DNA from: Gekko japonicus
Taxonomy: Eukaryota
NCBI RefSeq assembly: GCF_001447785.1
Contig: NW_015171530.1
Coordinates: forward strand, 186,001 to 250,000
Reading direction: 5' to 3'
DNA: 64,000 bases
Shown here: one piece after another, positions 13,421 to 25,289 of the stretch
Layout of the letters: each line of letters begins with the position of its first letter
Numbering within the stretch: position 1 is the first letter of the stretch
Made by a program: the position numbers and the translations under genes
The notes under the pieces: model-generated
Told to the model about the DNA's origin: nothing
Databases searched by the model: none
What the model saw: the letters and a program-made list of their open reading frames with translations, nothing else

Positions 13421-14668
13421 CACCTTGAAAGAGCTCAGGGTGGCACACATGCTTCACCCTTCCCACATTTTATCCTCATAAGGACCCAGTAGGGTTGGTT
13501 AAGCAGACGGTGAATGACGCACCTGTGGTCACCTGGTGGGCTTCATAGTTAATCGGGTCTTGAACCCTGGCCTCTCAGCACTCTAACCACTGCACCCACC
13601 TTTGATCTGCTGCTGCTGCTGCAAGCCATGCTAGAACTGTTTTTGCACTTCCTTTCACAGATCTTACTGTTGTGCAAGCAGGAGATGCAGAGACGGAAGT
13701 ATATGATACAATTTCCTTGCTTATGTGTCTTCCTTCCCCCTCTAAATACAATCAAGTTCCGTGTTTCCTTTATCTTGACGTTTTAAGAGCTGGAAGCCGC
13801 AAAAACAAATAAGTCCTGTGGGAGTGAGGCTTACCAAGCACCAACCCCCTCCACTGACAAGTGTGTAAATAGTGCAATCTCTGTAGCTGTTAGGGTGTGT
13901 TTATCATCATTTCTTAAATAACTGTTGTGTTGTGGACTGAGTTCAAAACCGTCTCCAGTGGTCAATTAGAGGCCGTTCACAATCAGAACATAAAAGTGGT
14001 AGCCTTCCCATTTTTTTTCTGTGACATTTGGTAATTGGAGGTATACTGCTTCTGAACAAGGAGGTTCCTTTTTATGGCTGCTAATCTTGTTTAGATCTAT
14101 TGACTGTGGAAGAATAGCAGGAAAAGGAAAAAGGGGAGGAAGGACAGAAATGTGCTGAAGGTGATCATCTATACATGCTTCTCAGTTTAAGAAAGTATAT
14201 TTTTTCAAACGGGTTACAAAAAATATCAGGTTAATGTTTTTAAAGTCGGTTAATTTTGAAAATTTAGCGCCATTGCTTGCAAGTGCTATTTGCAGGTGGT
14301 AGGCAGAGTATTTGAATTCTCATTGCCTAGTGTGGGAAATGTTACTACACTTCATTTAATGTGTATCCTGACGATAGGAGTAGTTGTATCTGACAAAGGG
14401 AGCTTGACTCTCAAAACTTAGACCCTGAAAATCTTGTTGGACTCTTAAGGAGCTGCTGGATTCAAATGTAGCTCTACAAGAGTCTTGAGGCACCTTGAAC
14501 AGTTTGAGGCATAGTCAGTCACAAGCTGGGGGGGAGGGCACCATGACTCACACTGAAGCCAATAAGGAAGAGAACATGGAAAGCTGTGTATGAACACTAA
14601 GCAAACTATGACTAGCCAATTGTATACAAATTATGTATTGTATTACAATGTGATTTCAATTAATACAA

Positions 14669-16302
14669 GGGCTTCCGGTGGGTGGATCGGCGATGGCAGT
14701 CGCTCTCCTCGAAGCTCGAGGAGGCAACTAGCACACCTTCGGCTTGGAGGGGTGCCACCGTCCTCAAGTGGCACTCCCACGGAACCCTTGCGGAGGGTTC
14801 CAAGCCTTTTGAGGGTTAGCCTCTTCGACGGCTCGAAGCCGTGGAATAGAGGCTTCCCTCCGCCCTGATGATCCAGCCGATGGGTGACCGGGACAAGCCA
14901 ATCTGACCGGGACAAGTGCAGGAGATCAAGCGGAATAGCGATGGAAGAGAGCGAGGTCAGAAGTGACCAACAATGAACGTGAGTGAGAGATAAACGGACT
15001 GTTTTTGTAAAGCGAAGCCCCCCCCCGTGGAGAAAGCGTAGTGCAGGGAGGGACATCTGAGCGATTTAATAGATCAAAGAAGCGAAGGGGGGGAGGGGAG
15101 AGAAACAGCATTACATTTTGAGAGACTTACTTGAGCTTGGATAGAGAAACGGAGAGTCTTTCGAGCTCTGAAACAGAGGTGTTGAATTGTAAACAAAGAG
15201 AGAACATGGCGGTTCCACGAGGGAAAGTAAAACCGAAAGGCAGCCAGAGTCCAAGATCAGAAGAGGGAGCAGACGTCATGAAGACATTAGCAGATATGCT
15301 GAAACCGGTATTGGAAGCAGCTCGTGGTATTAACCAGCAACTGGCCACACTAAACCAAAACTTCGCCTCGCAGCAGCGCCAGCTGGCAGAGACGGAGAAA
15401 AAAGTGGAGCAGGCAACTGAGAAGCTGGTAGAGATGGACACCAAGAACAAGAAGATGAGGAAAAGAGTGACAGAGATGGAAATAAAACAAAAGCTGCAGG
15501 AAAACCGTTTACTTCAGCTGCAAATGGAGAAAGCAAACATGACTCTCAAATTTCAGGGACTGCCTGAAAAGGAAAAAGAAGATTTGAAGAAGACTCTGGG
15601 AGAGATCATCGCTCCAGTAACAGGTTTATCAGCGGATGAAATAATAAAAGATATAGAGTCTGCCTATCAGGTATACTCTAATTACATTAAAAAAAATAGC
15701 CTGCCTGGGGAGATTGTAGTCAAGTTTGCAGGAAGACAGACCAGAAATGTTATATTAAAGGCAACCTCGGCAAATCCACTGAAATTTGGGAATACAAATA
15801 TTAAGACTCTAAAAGACATCCCATTTGAAATCCGTCAAAAGAGGAAAAGCTACAGAGAATCTCATTTCTTCAGACAAATGGAATACAATATCGCTGGGTG
15901 ATCTTTGAAGGTGTCATCTTTAAAATTAATGATAAAAGAGAGACGATTGACTCCATCTTTAAAGCAAAGGAATTTTTGAGACAGCTGGGGCCAGAAGCAG
16001 AACTAAAAGATGAAGAAACAAAATTGAGTGACTCTGCTACCTCTGGAACGGGGGAGGACTCTGGGGAGGAAGCGGGTGTGGGAGAAAGCAAAACGGTGTA
16101 TGATTTCAGAGAAAGAAGACAGAAGTAAGGGCAGAAGGACTCTGAAAATAGCCCTATGAAAATAAGAAGATGCTCAAGAAGTGTTCTCAAAATATTAAAA
16201 TTATTAACATTGAAGCAGTAGTTAAAAATAACTCACAAGTATATTGTTATACTAACACGTATTTACTAACATGTAGTTTAACACGGAAATGATCTCCTAC
16301 TC
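14669..16302 (+). mobile_element. LINE-1-like element: 5'UTR and frameshifted ORF1
   Basis: GGGCTTCCGG start and CpG-rich 5'UTR. ORF from ATG 15206 has a coiled coil, then LKFQGLPE...IVVKF...DIPFEIRQKRK. After a frameshift near 15858 it continues GIQYRWVIFEG...KAKEFL to a stop at 16128. Confidence 0.8.
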
Positions 16303-16793
16303 NNNNNNNNNNNNNNNNNNNNNNNNNNNNNNNNNNNNNNNNNNNNNNNNNNNNNNNNNNNNNNNNNNNNNNNNNNNNNNNNNNNNNNNNNNNNNNNNNN
16401 NNNNNNNNNNNNNNNNNNNNNNNNNNNNNNNNNNNNNNNNNNNNNNNNNNNNNNNNNNNNNNNNNNNNNNNNNNNNNNNNNNNNNNNNNNNNNNNNNNNN
16501 NNNNNNNNNNNNNNNNNNNNNNNNNNNNNNNNNNNNNNNNNNNNNNNNNNNNNNNNNNNNNNNNNNNNNNNNNNNNNNNNNNNNNNNNNNNNNNNNNNNN
16601 NNNNNNNNNNNNNNNNNNNNNNNNNNNNNNNNNNNNNNNNNNNNNNNNNNNNNNNNNNNNNNNNNNNNNNNNNNNNNNNNNNNNNNNNNNNNNNNNNNNN
16701 NNNNNNNNNNNNNNNNNNNNNNNNNNNNNNNNNNNNNNNNNNNNNNNNNNNNNNNNNNNNNNNNNNNNNNNNNNNNNNNNNNNNNNNNNNNNN

Positions 16794-17586
16794 TCCCTGG
16801 AAGGCCAGATACTGAAGCTGAAGCTCAAATACTTTGGCCACCCAATGAGAAGGGAGCACTCACTAGAGAAGACCCTGATGCTGGGAAAGATTGAAGGCCA
16901 AAGAAGACGGGGACGGCAAAGGAAGAGATGGTTAGACAGTGTCATAGATGCAACGAACATGAAGTTGAGCAAACCTCAGAGGACGGTGGAAGACCGGAAG
17001 GCCTGGCGTGATCTGGTCCATGGGGTCGCGAAGAGTCAGACTCGACTGTGCGACTGAACAACAATTGTGTGTGTGTACCTGGAAGTCATGGTCAACTTCT
17101 GCTCCTTGGGAGGAAAGCGATGGCGAACCTAAACAGCATGATCAAAAGTAGAGACATCACCCTGCCAACAAAAGTCCGCATGGTCAAAGCAATGGAATTC
17201 CCAGTAGTCATGTATGGCTGCGAGAGTTGGAGTATAAGGAAGGCCGAGCGCCGAAGAATAGATTCTTTTGGACAATGGTGCTGGAGAAGACTCTTGAGAG
17301 TCCCTTGAACTGCAAGAAGATCAAATCAGGCAATCCTAAAAGAAATCAACCCTGACTGTTCCCTGGAAGGCCAGATAATGAAACTGAAGCTCAAATACTT
17401 TGGCCATCAAATGAGAAGGGAGCACTCACTGGGTCTTAAGGATGAGATGGTTAGACAGTGTCATAGATGCATCGAACATGAAACTGAGCAAACTTCAAAG
17501 GATGGCGGAAGACAGGAGGGCCTGGAGGGAGCTGGTCCATGGGGTCGTGAAGAGTCGGACTCGACTGTGCGACTGAACAACAACAA
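16794..17586 (+). mobile_element. Two tandem BovB/RTE LINE 3' fragments
   Basis: LKLKYFGH-MRREHSLEKTLMLGKIEG-RRRGRQR-RWLD, DITLPTKVRMVKAM-FPVVMYGCESW, and two 3' ends GGGGTCGCGAAGAGTC...CTGAACAACAA (~17066 and ~17586). Confidence 0.9.
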
Positions 17587-18059
17587 AAATCTTTTCTTTA
17601 TCCCTAGTTGTAGTCCCCCTTCCTTTATTTTCTGTTGTAGTTATGTAGTCTATTGAAAAACCAATAAAATTACCCTCTTGGGGGTTTAAAAACAAACAAA
17701 CCATACAAACCATAGTATAATATGTACAACGAAGGTCCAAAGCAGTAAAGTGACGAAACCTCCAGATAATATACTTGTTTTGCGAGTCTTCTAATTTGAA
17801 ACTCCAAAAACCATTTTTTCTACTTGTTGAACAAGTCTGGATACAGTTAATAAATCAACAGTCTTTATGCAGGAAGAACAAATTCTTATGCAAGTTTGCA
17901 AGGCATATCAGAAAGTTGGGCCATTCCATTAATCAAAGTAGAAAGAAAAGTCAGAAGGCTACATTGCCACCTAACGGGCTGAAATTTTTAAAGGAAAATA
18001 ATTTAAAAGGAGTCACCCCACCCCGTCAACAATTCAAACGAACCAACCCCATCTCTCCT

Positions 18060-18800
18060 CAGGATGACAGGAGGATGAGCGGGCTACCGGCCATTGGGGG
18101 GGAGGAAGACGCCCGTGGGCCACATGACCACGGCGAGGTCACATGACAGGCGCCATGTCACGTGCGACGACTACCTCCCCGGAAGCCGCGGTGCTCCGCG
18201 AGTCACATGACCAGAGGAGGCCAAAGGGGGAAACGGTCACGTGGCGGGGGCTGGCTGGCTGGGTGAATGTGCCGGGCGGGCTTCGGGGTAGCCTGGGCCT
18301 GAGAGCGGTGGAGGGCGGGTGCGAGATCGGAGCCGAGGGGGCCGCAGTGCAGCTAGGGGGCGGCTGGCCAGGGGCGAGCGGGCGCGCTTGGGGCCTGGGG
18401 CAGAAGGCAGGGGACGCCGCCGTTCGGGGCCTTCCTCGGGACCTGCGCTGTTCGCAGAGGAGCTCCCTGGTCGCGTTGAGGGGGGCCGGGAAGGCTCACG
18501 TTTGCGCGGAAAGGCTCTGGGCGGGACGGGGCCTCGCTCGAATCAAAAGGCTGGGAGGGAGGTCGGTGACCCACCCAGGGAGAAGCGAAGGCTGGAATTC
18601 GGGTTTCGAAAGCGCTCTGTTGGTCTAGAGTGCCTCGGCGAAGGTTGCGGAGGAGCACAAGGAAGGGCCCCTGGCGCGAACTGAGAGCTTTCCTGGAGGC
18701 TGTGGGGAAGGAAACCCCTCTACGGTGTGGGTCCGTGAAAGCTCTGTGTGTGGGGGGCGGGGGTACTTATAGGAAAGACGGGCACCTGAAGGAAGGTTGA
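18060..18800 (+). promoter_or_regulatory. CpG-island promoter of the NUFIP2-like gene
   Basis: High CpG, five CACATG/CACGTG E-boxes at 18121-18244, ETS CCGGAAG, candidate donor GT at 18263. Confidence 0.7.
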
Positions 18801-19211
18801 GGGGCAACTCATAATTTGATTTTTGTTCGCTTTCCACATTAGGCTGTAAGTGGCGCGTCTGTTGAGGGTTAGGTTAGGTAATTGAGGCTTAAGCTACAGC
18901 AGGGGAAAAGGAGTCTCTATCCCGGCACTAGAGATTTCCCTTTCTTCCTCTGAAGTGTGATCGCAAGGCTTCTTAGGGTCGTCCTTCGAGAAATCTGTGG
19001 AGTCGGGCTGACATCTTTGCTGTGTGTGTGTGCGTGCTTCAGTTTGGCTTTGCCACTTCTAGAAATAGGCCACTAGTTTTTAGGGCGGGGGGAGATTGGC
19101 TAGGCACTGTTTCTTAACAGGGGTAGGCTTGGAACAGTGCTGTAGTCAGGCCTTTCACATCCTTGGGGTCCTCTGCTGTCGGCTACCTGCATCCAAGACT
19201 AGCTTTAGACC

Positions 19212-19323
19212 ATGCAGAAAGAGGAATTGGGCATGGATGAGAACCGCAACCCTGAGGAAGAGCTGCGTCTTCTGGGGGGAAAGAAGGAGAAATGCCACAG
19301 CCTCAGCAACCGCATCCGGACAG
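19212..19323 (+). CDS. NUFIP2-like protein, first coding exon (predicted)
   Basis: accATG, MQKEELGMDENRNPEEELRLLGGKKEKCHSLSNRIRT, phase-1 donor G|GTAAC that matches the phase of the next exon; in-frame TAG just upstream. Confidence 0.65.
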
Positions 19324-19554
19324 GTAACAAATATTGGCATTCCATGCTTGGTCTCTGATGCCATAGAACGTCTTAGGTTGATTTTAAAAATCCAGGTTCC
19401 TGAGCATTCAGAGTATAGCAATTTACCATTGATAAAGATTTTAGTTTTAGAAAAATTGCTTTACCCCCCAGAGACTTCAGAGTTTTCACACTTCTTTGTC
19501 CCTCTCCATTCTCACCCCACCTAGGTATCTTTATTTAGTTTTAAAATTTATTTT

Positions 19555-19770
19555 ATCCATACCCTGCCTTTCACTCCAGTTGGGACCCAGAGTAGTTTAC
19601 ATCATTCTCCTCTCCCCCATTTTATCTTCACAACCACCCTGTGAGGTAGGTTAGGCTGAGAGGATATGACTGGCTCAAGGTCACCCAGCAAGCTTCCATG
19701 GCACGAGTGGGAATTTGAACCTGGATTTCCCAGATCCTAGTCTGACACTTTAACCGCTACACCACACTGT
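19555..19770 (-). mobile_element. Older tRNA/CORE-type SINE
   Basis: CACAACCACCCTGTGAGGTAGG...CAAGGTCACCCAG...TTAACCGCTACACCACACTG. Confidence 0.6.
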
Positions 19771-21199
19771 CTTTCCATGCAAGCCCCAAATTCATAGTAG
19801 AAGAGTTTTCAAATTTCTCAGCACATGAAGATGTGCCCCTCTCCTTTTCTTGGGAAAGAGAAATGCACCTCTGGAATGCATTCATCTCTCACTCCATGCC
19901 TGAACTGCATTTGAGACAGATTACCATGGCTGCAGATCTCCTCCTCCCCCCCTCCCCGGTACAGCCAGATTGCCTAGTATGAAAGGCCCTGCCGTTATTC
20001 ACTAGCCACCCTAACCCTTCCACAGAATCCAGGGGCATCCACAGTCATTTACTCCTCCTTGGTAACTCTGAATTCACTATACTACATTTTGGTCCCAGAG
20101 AATCAGTTTCTGTTTCTCACTGAGCCAAGCCCAGTACAGTGGCTCCAGTCTGAGTTACTGCCCTTTGTAATGTACGTCTGTGTTATAGCTGTCCTTAATG
20201 CCTGTCACTGTTAAGTAAAACCTTCTTTCTGTCATGCAGGAGCTGGAGCAGAGCTGGGCTACAGGCCAAGCCAGGGCTCCAGAGAAGGTGAATTTGGGAC
20301 TGGGGCTTTCCCCTTCTGTCATGTTGTTTTGTGTGTGTTTCTCTCCCAGAAACAGCCAGGCCTTACTGTTGGAAAAATCATGCACCTCCTAATTCAATCT
20401 GTCTGATTTTCTCAACAGCTGCTGTTGAGGAATATACATTGTCCTCTTTCCCATATATAGCTTTGGTGCATGACCCACATACCCCTTTATTCCTTTTCAC
20501 CAAGAATGGTACCTTTAGATTTGATGATTTTCTAAGCCAGTGTCAGAGGGAAAAAGCTCATGGCATTTGGAAAGCCCTAACTACTTTGCCAAATCGTGTA
20601 AAGGTGATCCCTTCTGATATTTTGGATCATGGTTTTAAAATCTTCAGAGGTTGGCAGCACAGAAGTATTTTGTTTAAAACACTTGACAGAATCTTCAGAG
20701 GTTGGCAGCACAGTGACAGAAGTATTTTGTTTAAAACACTTGACAAGAAGATTTTGGCCAGTGAAGGAGGGGATCCTTCTGGGTACACGGCCGTAATTGC
20801 TAGGGTACGATTGATTTTTAATCAGTGTTCCCAGGGGTGGAGAGAAATGGATATGTATTTCCACCTTTAAAGTAATGTTTTTCCTTTTTTTACAATACCA
20901 GCATTCAGTGCTTAGATACTGTGGTGACCTGGTATCTGACATTTTCTTAACGCAGCCCCTAAATGTTAGTTGAGCTGTTTGCCTAGTTTTGTTGTGCTAC
21001 AGGAAGGCAGACTCTAATATGATGGTGATAAATCAGCAACAAAAATGATGCTGTACAGCTTTTCTTGAAGGGGCGGTTCTCTGCCTCATGGGTTTACAGT
21101 CTAAATTTCAAAAAGGGAGGAGGGAAACCTATAATATTGTGTGTGTGTATCTGTTATCAATCCAGATGTTGAGTTCACTCCACAATCCTTCTGCTCTAG

Positions 21200-22039
21200 G
21201 TTCCTGGGAGTCCAACGGCTATTCTGCATCCTCAGAGATCGCCGATGAGCCCAGCGTTCCCTTAAGCCCTTCTAACAGCCTTAACATCCGCAACCTCCAA
21301 TTGTCTGAGCGAGACCCTCCGGTCACCCACCACCCCCACCGCTATCCCCATCGCTTCTACCATGGCCGGCCCTTCCATGCAGCTGCCTACCGCAAGACCT
21401 ACCGAGGCAGCCCCTCTGATCGCAAGGAATGGGGACCCAGCACCAACGGCCACCACTGCGCTCCTGAAAGCATTTCTAATGGGCGGTGGCAGCACCGTCG
21501 CCGTGGCTATTCTGACCCACCGTCTCCATCGTCATCTCCGGAATCGGAACGAGACAGCGCCATCAAAGTCGGCGAGAAGCCTGCCGTTACATCAAATGCC
21601 ACCAATTCAGCCACCGAGGATTCTGGGAAGGAAACATGGTCGCTTTTCCGGCCACTTCCTGCTTTCCCGGTTGATAGCAGCAGCGCCCGGATCATTCCTA
21701 AGATCTCTTATGCTAGCAAGCTGAAAGAGAACTTGGATCAACCAGGGAAAGCCTGCCATGTTCCTGCCTCAGCCGTCCGCACCACCAACAGCCTCCCCAA
21801 CTGTGTCCTGGCGCCACCCCCAAGCAGTCCCCCACCCTCTGACAGCAGCCGGCAGCAGCACCTGGGAGCCATCTTTCAGAATGAGTGGGGCTTGTCCTTT
21901 ATCAATGATCCAGGAGCAGGGCATGGAGGGGGTGGTGGGACTGCACCAGAGAAGGATGTGGAAGATGCAAACACTGGAGCATGCTGGGAGAAAATGGAAG
22001 CCGATGACTGGCAAGCTGCAAGAAATTATCACCTGGAAG
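21200..22039 (+). CDS. NUFIP2-like protein, large central exon
   Basis: 840-nt open exon with NUFIP2 motifs WSLFRPLPAFPVDSSSARIIPKISYASKLKENL and LGAIFQNEWGLSFINDP, ending DWQAARNYHLE; AG/GT bounded. Confidence 0.88.
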
Positions 22040-22724
22040 GTAAGCTGGATGAAAGATCTTGATGTTGCCATCTAGGAGGGGCAGGCCTAGATATATGGTT
22101 TTGAGGGTGGGAGTAGAAAAATGAATGGGGTGTGGGGGAGAGTATGTGGGATTGTAGGGGATATGCAGAGATGCTGGGGGCAGAAATGTTCCAGGGGTCA
22201 GAACGATGGTTGCTGCAATTAAGTGGAAGGGATAATTCTGGTTATGTGTAAGGACATGTAGGGAATAAGGGACCAGTGCTATTCCTCTGTTTGCCTTTCT
22301 CAGCTTTTTCATTGCTTAATATGTGAAAAGGCCTGAGGGTACCTAGGAACTAGCAAGATTGTAGCTTCGGCTTCTGTGGGTTTAGCTAACATGCTACCCC
22401 TCTGAGCTGTATAAAATAGGTTCTTTTTTCTCTAATTCTACAGCTTCCCGTTTTCTGCAGTCAACACAAATTCCCATGCCCTCTTTTAGGCAGGTTGAGT
22501 GAATGGATTTGAAGGACTCCCCTCCCCCCTTGGGGTGCACGGAAATTGGCATCTGAATCCCAGCTCTCAGAACCATTGAAATTTAGGGACTTCATTAGAG
22601 GAGTGAGCTGCCTAAATGTAGCCGAGGAACTAGGTGGGATTGGTTCTGGGACTCACTTTTTGGTACAGGTTAAATTAGTGCCTGGCTTCTAATTTCCTTC
22701 TTTCCTCTCTTCTCCTAATTACAG

Positions 22725-22757
22725 AATGGACTCATATATGGGAGCTACACAGTCAAG
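22725..22757 (+). CDS. NUFIP2-like protein, 33-nt exon
   Basis: (E)WTHIWELHSQ, compare NUFIP2 EMESIWNLQKQ; strong polypyrimidine acceptor and GTAAGG donor. Confidence 0.85.
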
Positions 22758-23194
22758 GTAAGGAATCCCAGATCAGTGAGACCAGTTGTCCATCTTGCTC
22801 AGTTATGGCCCCGTTAACTACAGATCTCAAAACTCTGTCAAGGGGTGGGATGCGTCATATACAAACCTTGTACGTCTGCTTTGTGGAACAATGGCTCTAT
22901 CATTTCAATAGAACAGGTGTTAGAATTTGCACAGGGGTACAATTGGATGAACTTGGAGGGATGTCGGTAGGTAAAATAGCCTTAGGACAGCTACAGTTGA
23001 CTATCCCAATCTTAGGACAGATCGGGATAGCCAAATGTAGCTGTCCAAGCAACTTTCTTTACCTACCTATGTGGTTTTTTAAAAAAATGTCTTGTGGCTT
23101 TTGTTGAAAAAAATCATTTTCTCCAGTTTTGATGCACTGATTTAATGCACTNNNNNNNNNNNNNCTTTACTTTGGGCTTTAGATATAATGCCTA

Positions 23195-23412
23195 GGGATG
23201 ACAGCTTCAGGTTGGGAAATACCAGGAGATTTTGGGGGTGGACCCTAAGGAGGGCAGGGTTTGAGAAGGGGAGGGACCTCAGTGGGGTATAATGCCGTAG
23301 TAGAGTCCACCTTCCAAATCAGCCATTGTTTCCAGGTGAGCTGATCTCTGCTATCTGGAGATCAGTTGTAATCCAAGGAGCTCTCCAGCCAGCACCTGGA
23401 AATTGGCAACCC
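23195..23412. mobile_element. Non-autonomous DNA element with AGGGTTGCCA-type ends
   Basis: Related inverted copy at 42879-43078; ends in TTGGCAACCCT. Confidence 0.55.
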
Positions 23413-23947
23413 TAATAATGCCCCGGCCTTGCATAGATATTATAAGCTCCATAACTGTGGGACCTTTATTGGTAGGTAGTGCTGGTTTTATTCTGGAATC
23501 TGATGAGCCTTTAGTGGACTATATATTAAAATACTTCTGCTGCCCCAAGGGGACCCCCCCCCCCCCAGTGGGTCCTGAGTATACAGGGATTAATCATCGT
23601 CCCTTGAGGCTTCTGTCTCTGCAACAGCAGGTGAAGAGGGAAGGAGGAGTGGGGGCTGTTCCATGATCTACAGTATGAGAAGATGAAGGAGCTGTACAGC
23701 AGGAAGATTAGAGCTACTGGTGTCATTATCTAACTTGTGGGGAAGTGGGTGAGGATGAAGTTGCTTAAGGTTAATTCTGCCAAGCCATGTGGAGAACTGC
23801 ATCTGGGGGAATAATGTGTTGACCATTTTAATACAGTATGGGAACTTGGGGGGGGGGTGAGAATAGGCATTGGAACATGCACACTACCTGTAGCTCCTCT
23901 CCGGTTGTTCCACTGCATTATCCGTTTCTGTTCTTTTCTCTGTACAG

Positions 23948-23997
23948 CTCCTAGCAAAGTGACGGTCTATGTGGACACCTTGGATGGAAAGGGTTAA
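23948..23997 (+). CDS. NUFIP2-like protein, last coding exon
   Basis: (A)PSKVTVYVDTLDGKG*, compare NUFIP2 DPKRIITYNEAMD; AATAAA at 24286-24291. Confidence 0.82.
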
Positions 23998-25289
23998 CAC
24001 CGAGGATTCCTTGGGGAAGCACTGCTAAGATCCGGGGGGTGGGGGGGCACGGGGGAGAGGCAAGGCATCCCCCCCACCCCACCCCATGAAGACTGGAGAA
24101 GCCCGGGCATCCTGAAAGGGGAAGCTATGCCACCTGCCTCCCTTCCTCCCTCCCTCATCCTAATGCTGTTATAGCCCAAATTGTCCTGGATGGGGCTGAA
24201 GTCTCACCCTCCCCGCCCCCTCCGATTTAATGCTCTGGTTTTTAATTTCTTCACATGGTTTTTAATTTCTCTGGATTCCCCTGAAAATAAAAGTGAAAAA
24301 AAGAATTTATTTAAATTCACCTCTCTGTTCGTATGTGTTTTTGTTTCCTATCCAGTGCACTCTAGGATTATTGGGATAGATCACACAATTAGGGAAGGAG
24401 AAAGGAATTTCTGGAAGCAGCGCAGGCTGTGGGGCATCACTAGAAGGAAGCAAAAATATTTGATTTAGAAACCAGGTTGTTGTTTGAACATCTTATTACT
24501 GCTAGATGCTGAGAAGGCTCATTTACATCTGTGGTGGCGAAGTTTTCCTTTCTGTACCAGTTTACTTTTTGCCTTCCCAGTGAGGGGACAAGCTGATGTG
24601 GCTTTTCCCTCAGTGATTCTTTTGAAGGGACACATTTACAACCTGGCAGCTATCTAGTTACCTAGAATAGGGATATGGAACCTTTTGGGCCCAAGTGCTG
24701 GAAAAAACACATCCATGTTGGTGTGCCATCAAAATAAAAACATTGGGGGGGTGAGATACTAAACAACCTGTTGGGCTGACTCCTTACTTTAAAAGCATAT
24801 CATTCTTTCATAAAAAAACCTGGGAGTTGATGTAGGCAGGCAGTTGCTATAATAAGAGCAGTCAGTTGATACTGGGTGTGTCTGGGTTGGTTCATGTTAG
24901 GGAACAAACAGAAGTAGCTTGCTGTATCCCGGGGAAGACTGGCCATGGCAACGCTAATAACTCCTTGCTGGGGTGAGGGAGGACTCTTTAGTAAGAATGA
25001 TCCTTTACTGGGGCTTGAATTAACCTAAACAACTACCACCCAGGGGCTAATATTCCATCTTTGGGCAAGGTAGTGGCTCTACAGCTTCAGGCAAACTAGG
25101 AGGAAACAAGACTATCTGGATCCGTTTGGGGATGGAAACACCTTGGTTGCCCTGACCTTTGCCAGAAGCATGATGGGGAGCTGATTTTCCTGGACCACTC
25201 AGCAGCTTTCGATATTATCAACTACGGTCTCCTGGAGAGGCTGGGAGCTGGGGACACTGTGATTTTGGTAGTTCTGCTTGTACTTGGCC

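Noticed and set aside
16247-16972. ORFs with long X runs (also 45306-45883)
   Set aside because: Artefacts of N gaps.
20331-20870. 179-aa ORF with an internal repeat
   Set aside because: Intronic; the repeat is just the local tandem duplication and there is no recognisable homology.
21088-22062. The 324-aa ORF as a single-exon gene, or as NUFIP2 itself
   Set aside because: Both ends run into intron sequence and spliced exons complete the NUFIP2-like C-terminus. Short length and the TAOK2 neighbourhood argue for a paralog.
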